In this document: positions 29,301-38,680 of the stretch, piece by piece | How positions within the stretch are numbered: the first letter of the stretch is position 1 | Layout of the letters: each line of letters starts with the position of its first letter | Virus record (IMG/VR): IMGVR_UViG_3300025838_000022 | Span: 58,798 to 122,797 of that record | Length of the DNA stretch: 64,000 nucleotides | Source: a virus | Lineage: Duplodnaviria > Caudoviricetes | Reading direction: 5' to 3' (one strand) | Notes under the pieces: model-generated | What the model was told of the DNA's origin: nothing | What the model saw: only the letters and a program-made list of their open reading frames with translations | Database searches by the model: none | Made by a program: the position numbers and the translations under genes

Positions 29301-29678
29301 GATGTAATCGAAGAGGAACACAACTTCCCTGGCGAGAAGAAGATGTTCAAGGGTGAGAAGGCTATGATTGGTGGCATTCTCACTCAGGTGAAGCAATTGG
29401 TCACCAAGAAGGGTAAGAACCCGGGTTCAGAGATGTGCCAGCTTTGGGTAGAGCTTCCTATTACTACCACAGAAGAGGACTTGTTGCTTGATGAAGAAAT
29501 CGAAGAGGTCTCTACGAAAGATGAAAGCGTTCAAATCGTGGCTTTCCCCGATACGTACAAAAGAGTCCGAGAAAGCCTTGAGATCGGCACGCCGGTCCTG
29601 GTGGAAGTAGAGAAGCTCAAGGACGGTCTCAGCCTCCGCAACTTGTTCCGGCTTGACAAGCTCAAAGAGACCTGCTAG
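26385..29678 (+). CDS. dnaE: DNA polymerase III alpha subunit
   Basis: PHP 'HLHVHTEHSFLDG', 'AITDHG', 'SRGSVGGS', 'PDIDID', 'KIDLLGL', 'YQEQ', 'FNKSH'; no intein seen. Confidence 0.97.
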   Translation: MTDNLVHLHVHTEHSFLDGLSTVDQLVNRVVDLGQSAVAITDHGECSGHLRLQHAADKSGIKPLFGMEGYFTENRFDKSGKKGENYDHMTIVAMNNQGLENLWALSSLAYIEGSYYGNARFDWELLEKYNEGLIVTGGCMGGCIGKHLKDDGNYSKAVERIGRYQAIFGDRFHLELHTYLDPESNEWNMRVAEAALDFSVPMITVSDAHYAAPDQWYAHELMTAVQMGKTMNDPTRFSYGPNQLCLFSEEETRSRLSYLPESIVDQAIKRTSEIADMCDARVPGARKMPVFYNTAKMDERKLRETAEEGFNRKIVGQVADDILQKYRDRLDYELDVVITRGFPGYFLTVQDIINWSKNENFLVGPSRGSVGGSLLAYVMDITEVDPIPSGLIFERFLNPERVSMPDIDIDMPKLERGMVRDYLERKYGRYNIASIGTLNTLGPKQSIKDACRGLGINKDDTQKMCDIIDDDWNIKNRGATWDDVMDKYGPDYSPWIARYPKLFENLPEFVNHIRHASAHAAGIVVSKDSLIGAMPLRYNPSNDDIRTQFDMGDVDELGFVKIDLLGLRTLSTLMAALDLIKENNGGTLPFRHFYEWNYEWSKYYDDPAVWDSIGTGHNIGLFQIETGSLRSLVKRFQPRSIEDLCTMIAIYRPGITRAVDSETGLNLLEMYMQKREGKRPVKFKHSKLSAILGVSYGSFVYQEQIMETCVALAGYTIVETDRVRKAVAKSNYEDMVEEAEIFVKKCVENGVDEDTAKSIFDDMRAFGMYGFNKSHGYGYSMLAYWTAWMKHYYPREYMTALFRTNPSDNVVYTREARRMGIQVLGPDINESGSNFTLTKNGSIRYGLNSVKYVANAAAEIQKLGPFKSMEDFIARVPTRRINKRVIISMIRAGVFDSICGDPRTALYEYCKDRKEFKKKINEQCPEDCPYCAGRDNFFDCYATNEEKIDDRGANEQELLGTMVSIDPLADYIDVIEEEHNFPGEKKMFKGEKAMIGGILTQVKQLVTKKGKNPGSEMCQLWVELPITTTEEDLLLDEEIEEVSTKDESVQIVAFPDTYKRVRESLEIGTPVLVEVEKLKDGLSLRNLFRLDKLKETC

Positions 29679-29681
29679 TCT
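29653..29681 (+). promoter_or_regulatory. SigA-type promoter with extended -10
   Basis: TTGACA-17 nt-TAGTCT, preceded by TGC. Confidence 0.65.
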
Positions 29682-29706
29682 GACTTCCAGTAAGAAAGGA
29701 GTGCGA

Positions 29707-29850
29707 ATGTCTCGCAAAATAAACTTAAAGAAGTGGCAATGCCCAAAGTGCAAAGACGAAGTACAGGCGCTAGCCAGTGCAGTTGCACACCGTTGTCCAA
29801 GTAACAAAACAGCTTTCACCGCATATGTGCTCATCGAGGAGGATGAATAA
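29707..29850 (+). CDS. Small Zn-ribbon protein
   Basis: WQCPKC...HRCP; AGAAAGGAG RBS. Confidence 0.55.
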   Translation: MSRKINLKKWQCPKCKDEVQALASAVAHRCPSNKTAFTAYVLIEEDE

Positions 29851-30155
29851 TGCAGTACGCAGACCTAGAGAACAGCAACATCAAGCTGCTGGCCCACGAA
29901 GAAAACGAGTGCATGAGCCCCAGTGCCTGCACGATCCACAACCGCACAGACCACCACATGAGAAGCTTTAAACAGTTTTACCGTTTTGATCGTGGTATCA
30001 TGGAGCGGATCTGCAGCCACGGCATTGGCCACCCAGATCCAGATGATTTTAAGATCATCAACGGCAACGACAAAGGTGAGCACGGATGCGATGGTTGCTG
30101 TATTAGATTTGCAACCGAAGAAGAATACCTTGATTCACAAAAGCATGGTGAGTAG
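29850..30155 (+). CDS. Cys/His-rich hypothetical protein
   Basis: CTIH...ERICSHGIGHPDPD...HGCDGCC. Confidence 0.65.
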   Translation: MQYADLENSNIKLLAHEENECMSPSACTIHNRTDHHMRSFKQFYRFDRGIMERICSHGIGHPDPDDFKIINGNDKGEHGCDGCCIRFATEEEYLDSQKHGE

Positions 30156-30269
30156 TGCAGATTACAATTGACATTGACCCAAGAACGTATGCTAATATGA
30201 TGCGTGAAGCTGTGTATTATAGAATTAACGACCCAGAAGAATTTATCGAAACAAAATTGGAGGAGCTAT

Positions 30270-30641
30270 ATGGCTAAGGATGATAAGTACCAGTACGAAA
30301 AGAATCCGTGGAAGGATCCATACAAGGACATCTGGAAGAAGGACTGGCACGAGAAGAAGTGTGACTGCAAGAAGTGCTCGCCCGAATGCGAGAGATGCAA
30401 ATCAATGTCTGCGCACCCCAGCTCACAGCCAGTTGTAGAGCCAGTGCTCACCGTAGAGGAAGCTCTCGAAGCGTACCGTAAGGCTAAGCTTGCACACATT
30501 ACCGCTCAGAACAATGCACGTAAGGCTAAGGAAGCGTTGGCTGCTCTTGATAAGGAGACCATCGACACTTACTCCGCAGAGATTTTGGCTAAGGCTGCTC
30601 TCGAGCGTGCACTGAGCGAAGAGGCCAAGAACAATGGCTAG
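30270..30641 (+). CDS. Hypothetical protein (Cys cluster plus coiled coil)
   Basis: GGAGG RBS before the ATG at 30270. Confidence 0.6.
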   Translation: MAKDDKYQYEKNPWKDPYKDIWKKDWHEKKCDCKKCSPECERCKSMSAHPSSQPVVEPVLTVEEALEAYRKAKLAHITAQNNARKAKEALAALDKETIDTYSAEILAKAALERALSEEAKNNG

Positions 30642-31749
30642 AGGTACAGACGCAATCGATAAGCTGATTGCTGACCTGAACAAGTTTACCCCTGAGGGAT
30701 CAACCAAGCCGTTGGTCCTTCGGGGTAACAACATTGAAAAGGTCAATGCCATCCCCTGCTTTACTCCTGCCCTGGCATACCTGCTTGGTATCGGTGGGTG
30801 GCCCGAGGGTAAGCTCATTGAGTTCTTCGGTAAGGAGCACTCGGGTAAGACTTCGTTCGCCATCATGGCACTGAAGGACTGCTACGACTATTACAAGGGC
30901 GAGAAAATGGTTGCCATCATCGACCTCGAGCACCGCTTTAACCCTGAGTGGGCAGAGAAGCTTGGTCTGAAGATCGATGAGAACCTCATCGTGGTACAAC
31001 CACCAGACGCCGAGACCGGTACTGATATGATGGTTGCACTTATTAAGAGCAAGCAGATTGGTGCCATTGTCTGGGACTCCGTTGGTGCAGCAGCTACCAA
31101 GCACAGCATGCAGCAGCTCACAGACAAGAACGACAAGATGGGTGGCAACGCTGCAGTGATGAAGCGTAACGTCCAGACGGTTGCTCCGTTGGCCAACCTC
31201 TACGGTGTTACCTGCTTCTACTTGAACCAGCTCCGTGCTGACATGGATGGATACAACCGTCCTATGACCCCAGGTGGCCACGCAGTCAAGCATGCTATGA
31301 GCGTACGCATCTACCTACGCCCAGGAAGTGAAAAGTACTTTGACAAGATCAATGGCGAGAACACTCAGGTTGGCAATCCTATCGTTGTTAAGACGGTGAA
31401 GAACAGCTACGGCCCTCCCTTCCGTGAGGGTTGGACTGACTTCTACAGCCAGCCATGTGTCTACTTGGACCACCCAGGTATTGACACGCGTAGAGACCTT
31501 GCACGTATGGGTATCCTCTTGGGGGTAGCTAACCGTGCAGGAGCATGGTTCACCTGGCGTGACATCAAGGCGCAAGGCCGTGACTCGTTCTTCGAGCAGA
31601 TCTGGAACAGTGGTAAGGCAGACGAGTTCGAGGCAGAGATCATCGATGCCATCAAGAAGGGTTCAGGCATTACAGAGGTTGAAGGCGATGAGTTCTTTGG
31701 TCGCCCTTTGACCGCAGACACTGACGACCTACATGATCCTGAGGTCTAA
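30634..31749 (+). CDS. recA: RecA recombinase
   Basis: 'GGWPEGKLIEFFGKEHSGKT', 'IDLEH', 'VWDSV', 'NQLR', 'TPGG.A.KH', 'KN', 'GAWF'. Confidence 0.95.
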   Translation: MARGTDAIDKLIADLNKFTPEGSTKPLVLRGNNIEKVNAIPCFTPALAYLLGIGGWPEGKLIEFFGKEHSGKTSFAIMALKDCYDYYKGEKMVAIIDLEHRFNPEWAEKLGLKIDENLIVVQPPDAETGTDMMVALIKSKQIGAIVWDSVGAAATKHSMQQLTDKNDKMGGNAAVMKRNVQTVAPLANLYGVTCFYLNQLRADMDGYNRPMTPGGHAVKHAMSVRIYLRPGSEKYFDKINGENTQVGNPIVVKTVKNSYGPPFREGWTDFYSQPCVYLDHPGIDTRRDLARMGILLGVANRAGAWFTWRDIKAQGRDSFFEQIWNSGKADEFEAEIIDAIKKGSGITEVEGDEFFGRPLTADTDDLHDPEV

Positions 31750-31906
31750 GAACAGTGAAACAAGAAACAGCTAACGTCATGGTCCGCATCGTGATTGAAG
31801 CTATGCAAGAAGTTGGCGTTACAGACGAGCAACTCGAAAAGATGAGTGAGATTGTGCCAAGAAAATTTAAAGAAGCAACCCTTATTATGAAAGCAGGTAT
31901 GTTGTA

Positions 31907-32107
31907 ATGCAAGTTGGAGACACTGTAGTAGACATTAGATCAGTTGGCACCATCGTTGGGGTGTCTAAAGCTGGTAATCCCGTTGTTGAATGGGAGCAAG
32001 GCACCATTGATTACAGGGATTTCGAAGAAGTCACACCAGAACTATTGGTTCTTGTGAACATGCCAAAGCCGAATGAGGAGCTTGACCCATCAAAGGACAC
32101 AGAATGA
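31907..32107 (+). CDS. Hypothetical protein (SH3/KOW-like)
   Basis: 'MQVGDTV....GTIV..' beta-rich small ORF. Confidence 0.45.
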   Translation: MQVGDTVVDIRSVGTIVGVSKAGNPVVEWEQGTIDYRDFEEVTPELLVLVNMPKPNEELDPSKDTE

Positions 32108-32448
32108 TTGAGCACGAAGAAGAATACGAAGGCGTAACCATTTACGTTGATGCTAACGATAGCTGGCCCAGCAACCTTGCTGGAGTTCGTATCCTAGAGC
32201 AGACAGCTATGCGAATGGAAGACGGTCGAGTTAAGATTATTGGTGACCCAGTGTGGAGTCTTGAGGCCAATGACTGATTACGTACCCAAAAAGTCTACGT
32301 GTAAAAACTGCTTTAGAAAATTTGCCAACACAAACGAAATTATGCAGGGTGCTGATGGCACATGGGTACACACATTTATTAACGGTCAGCACTACCCTAC
32401 CAAGTGCAACCTATGGGAAAATTGGGTAGCAGAACCTATGGAGGAATC

Positions 32449-32808
32449 ATGAGCAGTATCGGTAAAGGCAAAGAATCTTTGCTATCAAAATATGAAAAGC
32501 CGGTTGAGCCTACAGAGTTTGAAAAGGTGCTGCAAGAGATCCATGATCTCCACACCAAGAAACAGTCTGATTACGGTCGTCCAGAAGAGGGCGACCCCTT
32601 TGCTAACGTACGTGCCAGCGAAGACTTTGGCATCCCTGGATGGTTGGGCGCCGTAATCAGAGCAAACGATAAGGTTCGCCGCATCCAGAAGTATGCTCGT
32701 GGCGGTACCATGGTAAATGAATCAGTAGAAGATTCATTACTTGACGCAGCTGTTTATTTTATGATAGCCTTATGCCTGTTCAGGGAGCACAATGGAATCA
32801 ACACGTGA
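32449..32808 (+). CDS. DUF1599 / nucleotide-modification-associated domain 1 protein
   Basis: 'KKQSDYG...DPFAN...IRANDKVRRI...NESVEDSLLDAAVY'. Confidence 0.78.
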   Translation: MSSIGKGKESLLSKYEKPVEPTEFEKVLQEIHDLHTKKQSDYGRPEEGDPFANVRASEDFGIPGWLGAVIRANDKVRRIQKYARGGTMVNESVEDSLLDAAVYFMIALCLFREHNGINT

Positions 32809-33055
32809 GAGCATAGAAAAGTGGCTCAAAGAATTTAGAGCTAGAGATAAAGAGCGCACGTCTGTCATTGAACTCGATTTGTCTGATGAAGAGCTTGCGC
32901 AGCTTACTAGAGCCTCAGAAGCACTTGGTATGAGCATTGATGAATACTGTAACTATGCTCTAGAGAAGGCTGTGTTCTCAAAACTTTGCCCAACCTGTCG
33001 TCAGTACCGGCCTGAACGTGATTCTATCTGTAATAAATGTGGTGAGGTTGACTAA
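32792..33055 (+). CDS. Hypothetical protein (ribbon-helix-helix-like plus Zn ribbon)
   Basis: 'ELDLSDEELAQL..A....GMSIDEY', followed by CPTC/CNKC. Confidence 0.45.
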   Translation: MESTRESIEKWLKEFRARDKERTSVIELDLSDEELAQLTRASEALGMSIDEYCNYALEKAVFSKLCPTCRQYRPERDSICNKCGEVD

Positions 33056-33194
33056 TGGAATATACGACAGGGTACTTGCTTAACCGGATTGGTGAGCTCA
33101 ACGATAAGCTAAATAGGATTGAAGAGATCCTTCTGCTTACTGAGATCAACCCATTGCTAAAGCTCTCAATGATTAATGGCGTGATTGATAAGAA

Positions 33195-33620
33195 ATGAAA
33201 CGCAACCTTTGGAAGAAAGTAAAGCGAGAAGGTGACTGCTGGGTGTGGACCGGTAGCACGGCTAACCGTGGCTATGGTAGCATCCACCACAACGGCAGGA
33301 ACGGCTACTTGCCTCACCGTTTGTCATGGGAGCTTTTGCGTGGGCCTATCCCTGAAGGACTAGTGCTCGACCACATGTGTCAGAACCGTCGATGTGTGAA
33401 CCCAAACCACCTCGACCCAGTGACAAACCGTGTTAACATTCTGCGTGGTAAGAGTATTGCAGCGCAGAACTTCATCAAGACTGAGTGCGTCAATGGCCAC
33501 CCATTTGACAAGAAGAACACAAAAATCAGGAAGGACAATTCTAGATCATGTCGTCAGTGCGAGAGAGATCGTCTAAAGAAATTTCGAGAAAACCAAAAAC
33601 TAAAAAAGCATCAAAGGTAA
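33195..33620 (+). CDS. HNH homing endonuclease
   Basis: 'CWVWTG...GYG...HRLSW...IPEGLVLDHMCQNRRCVNPNHL..VT...N..RG', C-terminal C..GH..CxxC. Confidence 0.9.
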   Translation: MKRNLWKKVKREGDCWVWTGSTANRGYGSIHHNGRNGYLPHRLSWELLRGPIPEGLVLDHMCQNRRCVNPNHLDPVTNRVNILRGKSIAAQNFIKTECVNGHPFDKKNTKIRKDNSRSCRQCERDRLKKFRENQKLKKHQR

Positions 33621-33622
33621 AG

Positions 33623-33802
33623 ATGGGCAAAAAGCTAGATAGAGCAATCGATAGCATTTATGCTTTAACTGTTGAAGCATACGGTAAAGTAGAGCACCAC
33701 GGTAGCGAGCATGACTTCGGGTACGCTCAGGGATTGACCGAAGCAATGAAAATCTTACGTGAAGTTCAAAGAGACAAGACTATAAAGTTCCCAAGGTTCT
33801 AA
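33623..33802 (+). CDS. Hypothetical protein
   Basis: Small ORF in operon context. Confidence 0.45.
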   Translation: MGKKLDRAIDSIYALTVEAYGKVEHHGSEHDFGYAQGLTEAMKILREVQRDKTIKFPRF

Positions 33803-34131
33803 TGGAAACTGAAGGTTATTGGCACAACGAATGCAAGAAGCTCCAGGATGAGCTTCGTCAAGTGTATCAACAGGTTAATTATTATGTTGTTGAGAATACA
33901 AAGCTACGTGAAGAGAATGTAGAGTTAAGGAAGAGCCTAGATGGATTGCAAGAATTGCAATAAAGAATTGAAGCTGGGTTCTAGATGGTTTATCCATAAG
34001 GATAGCAACGACTCATGGTGCTACCCATTGATCAATCAGTTCTCATGGGAATACAAAATGGCTACACCAAATGAATAGTCCGTGCGTAACCTTGGTTATG
34101 CTGTTAACGTTATAAGGGATAAGGACTTTTA

Positions 34132-34569
34132 ATGTCACTATTTACGCAGCGGTTTAGTCAACGCCAAGAGCGAGAGCTCGAAGAGCAATGGCCTCTTGCA
34201 CGTCGCACCGTAGGATCTGGTAACAAGTGGGAGAAGGGTGACCTCTCCACTAAAGAGCAGCACATGATGGAGTTTGTTATCGAAGCAAAGTCCACCCAGG
34301 CTGCATCTTTCAGTATCACCAAGAAAATCTGGGATACTATCAAGGGGCAGGCACAGGATCGTAGCTGGTTGGCTAGGCCAGTGTTAGCGGTACGCTTATA
34401 TGGTGCAACCAACCAGAAGGCTGAGTGGGGTGGAGAGATTGCTCATACCCCTGAGACACTCCCGGTAGAATTAGATCTTATCTGTATGGACAAGGATGAC
34501 TTTCTTGAGCTATACTATGACTACATACGTTTGAAGGAGCAAGATGCTAGTAACGATGCTAACGAATAA
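34132..34569 (+). CDS. PD-(D/E)XK nuclease, Holliday-junction resolvase-like
   Basis: 'SQRQE..L......GSG....KGD....IEAKST...SFSI'. Confidence 0.75.
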   Translation: MSLFTQRFSQRQERELEEQWPLARRTVGSGNKWEKGDLSTKEQHMMEFVIEAKSTQAASFSITKKIWDTIKGQAQDRSWLARPVLAVRLYGATNQKAEWGGEIAHTPETLPVELDLICMDKDDFLELYYDYIRLKEQDASNDANE

Positions 34570-34689
34570 GATCGTTGACCTAGTATTTATGGTGCTCGCA
34601 GCTTTTCTTATTGAACGAGTAACTAAAAGGAGAAAGAATGGATGAGCAGCAATTGCAGTTTGATCTAAGATTTGATGACGAGCAAGAAG

Positions 34690-35442
34690 ATGAGTAGTTT
34701 TCTTGAGCGTACGCTAGCTGCGTACCAGAACGACGAGCCTATTACCAAGTACATCGAAGAAGCATTGATGCTTGGTGACGTGTTCCCTGAAGAGTACCCT
34801 GTTAAGGTATTTAACAAGGAACGAAAATTTGATAACATGTATCACCCTTCTTCAGACGTAACAGCGGGTGAGTTGCGCTTATATTATAGGTTCCATCCCG
34901 AAGAAAGGTTAAAATGTCAAGAAGAAAGAATAACACCCACCCTCGCTATGACTTTCCAGGTTGGCTCGGTTTTTCATTCAGTCATTCAGAATTTGCTAAT
35001 TCACATGGGCTTTACTTCGCTAGACAAGGTAGAAGTGAAGTTCAGAAACGAAGAGCGGATGATTGCTGGAGCAGTGGATGTATTGGAGCTCACAACTCCT
35101 GAGGGCACGTTCCTAGTAGACATCAAGAGTACCAACCAGCTTCCCAAGGAAGCGAGCGAGCAATACGCCATGCAGCTCAGAGTGTATCAGGACAACTGCC
35201 CTGGTGCGCCTGACCGCATGGCTTTGCTATTTATTCAGAAGGCTTACCCTCACAAGATCAAGACGATCGAGGTCAAGAAGGACCAGGAAGCCCTGGATAA
35301 GCTATATGACAAGTGGTCACGTGTGCGCGTAGCCATCAGTAAGAATGATCCTTCTGAACTTAAGCATTGTTGTAATGGCCCTACGGATGAAGTATACTTA
35401 GGTTGTCCCGCACGTAAGATCTGTCACTACTGGAATAAGTAA
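34690..35442 (+). CDS. Cas4/RecB-like PD-(D/E)XK exonuclease
   Basis: 'HPSS', 'G..FH', 'E', 'G.VD', 'VDIKS', 'QL.VY', C-terminal Cys cluster (CC...CP...C). Confidence 0.8.
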   Translation: MSSFLERTLAAYQNDEPITKYIEEALMLGDVFPEEYPVKVFNKERKFDNMYHPSSDVTAGELRLYYRFHPEERLKCQEERITPTLAMTFQVGSVFHSVIQNLLIHMGFTSLDKVEVKFRNEERMIAGAVDVLELTTPEGTFLVDIKSTNQLPKEASEQYAMQLRVYQDNCPGAPDRMALLFIQKAYPHKIKTIEVKKDQEALDKLYDKWSRVRVAISKNDPSELKHCCNGPTDEVYLGCPARKICHYWNK

Positions 35443-35693
35443 TGACCGCCCAAGAACGCCAAGCCCTACGAGAGAAGCACCAGCCTCAACCGCACACGGA
35501 ATGGTTTCCGGTGTGCGCCACCTGCAACACCCAATCACCCTGCGACGTAATCAAGGTATTGGACGCGCTCGATGAGGCAGACCGGCGAGCAGTGGCAAAC
35601 TACGAACGTGGATACGATGACGGTTATAAGGGGTCTGTTGCCGACGCCGAATGGGATCACTGGGCTGATGGAGTGGACGATGACCAACCCTAA
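35442..35693 (+). CDS. Small Zn-binding protein (paralog of 24040-24192)
   Basis: EKHQP...CATC...PCDVIKVLDA. Confidence 0.6.
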   Translation: MTAQERQALREKHQPQPHTEWFPVCATCNTQSPCDVIKVLDALDEADRRAVANYERGYDDGYKGSVADAEWDHWADGVDDDQP

Positions 35694-36021
35694 TAAGGCC
35701 AAGGGTAGCAAGTGGGAGCTTGACGTTGCTAGATACTTCAATGAGCGTGGTTTCCCAGAAGTAGAACGTCGCTACGGCGCGGGAGCTACCCTAGACAAGG
35801 GTGACATCAATGGTGTCAAGGATACTGTTGTAGAGGCTAAGAACTGGAAGAAGATCGAGCTGTCCACTATCATGGATGAGGCACTAGTAGAGCAGAATAA
35901 TGCTAAGAAGCGGTTCGGCATCAGTGTCATTAAGCGACGCAACCGCAACGTTAAAGACGCTTACGTGGTCATGACTTTAGAACAATGGATCGATTTATAT
36001 TCTTTTTTCGTGAATAATTAA
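35680..36021 (+). CDS. Holliday junction resolvase (archaeal Hjc-like, actinophage type)
   Basis: 'NKAKGSKWE..VA.Y....GF...ERR...G..DKGDI.G.....EAKN'. Confidence 0.85.
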   Translation: MTNPNKAKGSKWELDVARYFNERGFPEVERRYGAGATLDKGDINGVKDTVVEAKNWKKIELSTIMDEALVEQNNAKKRFGISVIKRRNRNVKDAYVVMTLEQWIDLYSFFVNN

Positions 36022-36092
36022 TCATCCAAAGTTATTGATACATTAAATTAATGTAATATATACTAGTATTGATACAAGAGATTGGATGACGA

Positions 36093-36665
36093 ATGAGTTC
36101 AAATAGTGGTCTGCGCCGTGGCTTAGACTCGCTTACAGAGCCAGAGATGGATGCACCCCATGACGATAAGTTTGGGGATCTTCACCGATTCGTTGTACGG
36201 TCTTTTCGTTGGGAAGGCAAGCCCGAAGAGAAGGAAATGCTCGAGAGTATCGAGCAAGTTGTGGATAATTTCATCGACGAATACATCCAACCGGCTGAAG
36301 TAATCATTGCCAGATTTAATACAGATAGTGGCCTTACTGGTGCCGAAGGCGACCGTCTATTCCTCAACCTCCAGAGCGCAATCGTTGCAATCGAGGAAGA
36401 GGTTACTAGACGTTATTTAAAGGCACAATTCTCCTACTACATGTTGGATGATAAGTATAACGCAGCTTATGTTAAGCATGCGAAAGGAACAACAAACGAT
36501 TTGAATGCGAGAGCCCGTATGGAAACTCGTGATGATCGCTTGTTCTACTTTGTTCAGTATAGCGCATGGCGGATTATTAACGACAAGGTTAATAGTCTAA
36601 AGGCTACGCAAAGACATATACAAAACCAACTGTATCGTAGGGGTAACGGTGGGCAATACTCCTAG
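36093..36665 (+). CDS. Helical hypothetical protein (possible UvsY-like recombination mediator)
   Basis: Long amphipathic helices; recombination-gene neighbourhood. The function is an inference. Confidence 0.4.
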   Translation: MSSNSGLRRGLDSLTEPEMDAPHDDKFGDLHRFVVRSFRWEGKPEEKEMLESIEQVVDNFIDEYIQPAEVIIARFNTDSGLTGAEGDRLFLNLQSAIVAIEEEVTRRYLKAQFSYYMLDDKYNAAYVKHAKGTTNDLNARARMETRDDRLFYFVQYSAWRIINDKVNSLKATQRHIQNQLYRRGNGGQYS

Positions 36666-37011
36666 AAAAAGCAGAAAACAAGAAGTCATCCGTGGAAAGA
36701 TGACCTGGCAGATACTCGAGCGTCTTCTCAATAACTACTGGGAATGGCAAGAGGTATACCGCACAACAGGTAACCCGGAATTACAGCTTCTTAACGGTGT
36801 CACCGTAAACATTTATGACATCCTCAAGGGGATTGACAAGCTGCCGCCGAGACAAAAGCAGGCAGTTGTATTATCATGTTTAGAAAACCGTAAAGAAGTT
36901 GAAGTAGCTAGAATCATGGGCTTTACCAAGTGGTCATCTCAGGTTGGTATGTACAAGAGAAAAGCCCTACAACAACTATGTAACACGATATGGGCTAATG
37001 AGAATGACTGA
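36649..37011 (+). CDS. Sigma-70 region-4-like HTH protein
   Basis: 'IDKLPPRQKQAVVL.......EVARIMG......V.....KAL..L'. Confidence 0.78.
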   Translation: MGNTPRKSRKQEVIRGKMTWQILERLLNNYWEWQEVYRTTGNPELQLLNGVTVNIYDILKGIDKLPPRQKQAVVLSCLENRKEVEVARIMGFTKWSSQVGMYKRKALQQLCNTIWANEND

Positions 37012-37360
37012 CGATGGCAGACCTAATCCAGAGCAAGACTTTATTGATTTAGAAGAAAAATATAAGGATCGACTCCCACAAAACTGGGAGGAGATGAGTA
37101 GACCCTCAAAGCTGGACTGGTTTGCTCACCGTATCCTGCTCGATTTGCGCGAAGAAACTGGTCGAGAAGGCTCAAAAGACTGGGGATTCCTCAGCGATTA
37201 CCAGCTAGAACGACGCCGACGCCGAGAGGTGCAGAGCAAGCTCAATGGTTGGGACGACATCCCACCAAGGCAGGGTGTCTTCAGACGTGTTTACGTAGAC
37301 CAAAATAGGCTATTGATTAACAGAGAGGACGGGGATCAAAATGGACAGAAGAACCCGTGA
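37004..37360 (+). CDS. Hypothetical protein
   Basis: Coupled ORF. Confidence 0.55.
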   Translation: MTDDGRPNPEQDFIDLEEKYKDRLPQNWEEMSRPSKLDWFAHRILLDLREETGREGSKDWGFLSDYQLERRRRREVQSKLNGWDDIPPRQGVFRRVYVDQNRLLINREDGDQNGQKNP

Positions 37361-38057
37361 ATACAAAGATCTAGTTAAGATGACCCCTACCACCGAGGAC
37401 CTCCTAAGCGAGGAAATCGATGGTGAATTGTTTCTTTACAAGTCATCCCCGCTGTGTAAGGTATGTAACACAAGCGATGATCTAAAGAACATCATCGACT
37501 CATTGCTGCTGTTCCCAAAGTCTTATAAGGAAGTGTTGTTGGCGATCCAACCACTCCAGGACAAGCTTGGGTTGACAGAGAGTGAGCGTATCAACTATGA
37601 AAACATTCGTAACCACCAGAAGAACCACTTGCCATTCGAGAAGAAGCTTGTGCGTGACATCGTAGAGAAGCGTGCGAGAGAAAAGAACCGCAGCATTCTG
37701 GATGCCGGTGAGCGTTTGCTTACAGCTGAAGCTTTTTATGAAGTGATTGTGGCCAAAGGCTGGGAAGATATTGCCCAGGGCTACGAGAAACCAACGTTAA
37801 CACAGACAATGCACGCTATGGAGATGCTCCAGAAGCTCGAGAAGGAAGGACAGGACAATTACAGGCCAGAAGACCTTATTAATCAGCTTGACATTATTCT
37901 ATTGGCTATCCGTGATGTTCTTCCACCAGCTATGAAAGAAGAGCTTTTTCTCAAGATCGAAGAGTATCAGAATGGCAATGTCACTTCAAAAGCAAAGAAA
38001 ATTAAGCCAGCTGAGATTGAAGCTGAGTATATTGACGAAGATTTCCTGGAAGAATAG
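37341..38057 (+). CDS. Zn-binding HTH protein, possible terminase small subunit
   Basis: CKVC...IRNHQKNH followed by long helices; upstream of the late/packaging region. Confidence 0.4.
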   Translation: MDRRTREYKDLVKMTPTTEDLLSEEIDGELFLYKSSPLCKVCNTSDDLKNIIDSLLLFPKSYKEVLLAIQPLQDKLGLTESERINYENIRNHQKNHLPFEKKLVRDIVEKRAREKNRSILDAGERLLTAEAFYEVIVAKGWEDIAQGYEKPTLTQTMHAMEMLQKLEKEGQDNYRPEDLINQLDIILLAIRDVLPPAMKEELFLKIEEYQNGNVTSKAKKIKPAEIEAEYIDEDFLEE

Positions 38058-38129
38058 CCATAAAATACGTTGGTTTTATGTAAAGAACACTGTAAAACGC
38101 AGCAGTTATTGTAACTATAGGGGTATATT

Positions 38130-38678
38130 ATGGCACGCAGACCTTGGATGAGAAGATTTATTCAGGCCAGACCTGATGAATACGAAGACTACATCCCTTA
38201 CATTGATCAATACCGTGAGCGCAAGTACGGCTTCAACGACCCCAATGCTGCTGACCCTTTTGACGCTAGTAAATATGATCGCAATGCCACGCAAGACCTT
38301 ATGCAATTGACTGAAAGCCCAAGCCTTTTCTATAAGCAGAAGAAACTGCGTGATACAAACGACCAATCAAACCGTGGTAAGGTCCAAGGTAATATCACTG
38401 GTGCTCCTGCTGTCTATTCATCCATCCCTGATGCTGTCATCGCACCATATGGTGGTACTGGTAATGATTTGATTAAGTTTAAAGGTAATACACGAAGCGG
38501 TGCTGTCATGTGCAGACGATGCGGTTGTGACGTTTCCCCTTCTAAAACTAAAGCTATTAAAACTGATATCAATGGTCAGACTGTTTACTGGAGAGTATGC
38601 AAGGGTGGCTGTGAAAATTACAACATGGAAAATAACCCCAACGGTGCGCAGAGAAGAAACAAGCCTAGGGGTGAATAG
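38130..38678 (+). CDS. Hypothetical late protein with Zn ribbon
   Basis: CRRC...CKGGC. Confidence 0.6.
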   Translation: MARRPWMRRFIQARPDEYEDYIPYIDQYRERKYGFNDPNAADPFDASKYDRNATQDLMQLTESPSLFYKQKKLRDTNDQSNRGKVQGNITGAPAVYSSIPDAVIAPYGGTGNDLIKFKGNTRSGAVMCRRCGCDVSPSKTKAIKTDINGQTVYWRVCKGGCENYNMENNPNGAQRRNKPRGE

Positions 38679-38680
38679 TT

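Noticed and set aside
28518-29396. 292-aa antisense ORF inside dnaE, and similar antisense ORFs in recA, the epimerase and terL
   Set aside because: Shadow ORFs produced by codon bias of the sense gene; no RBS or recognisable motifs.
34690-35442. CRISPR-Cas system (Cas4-like gene)
   Set aside because: No repeat-spacer array or other cas genes are visible. Solo Cas4-like nucleases are common in phage recombination modules.
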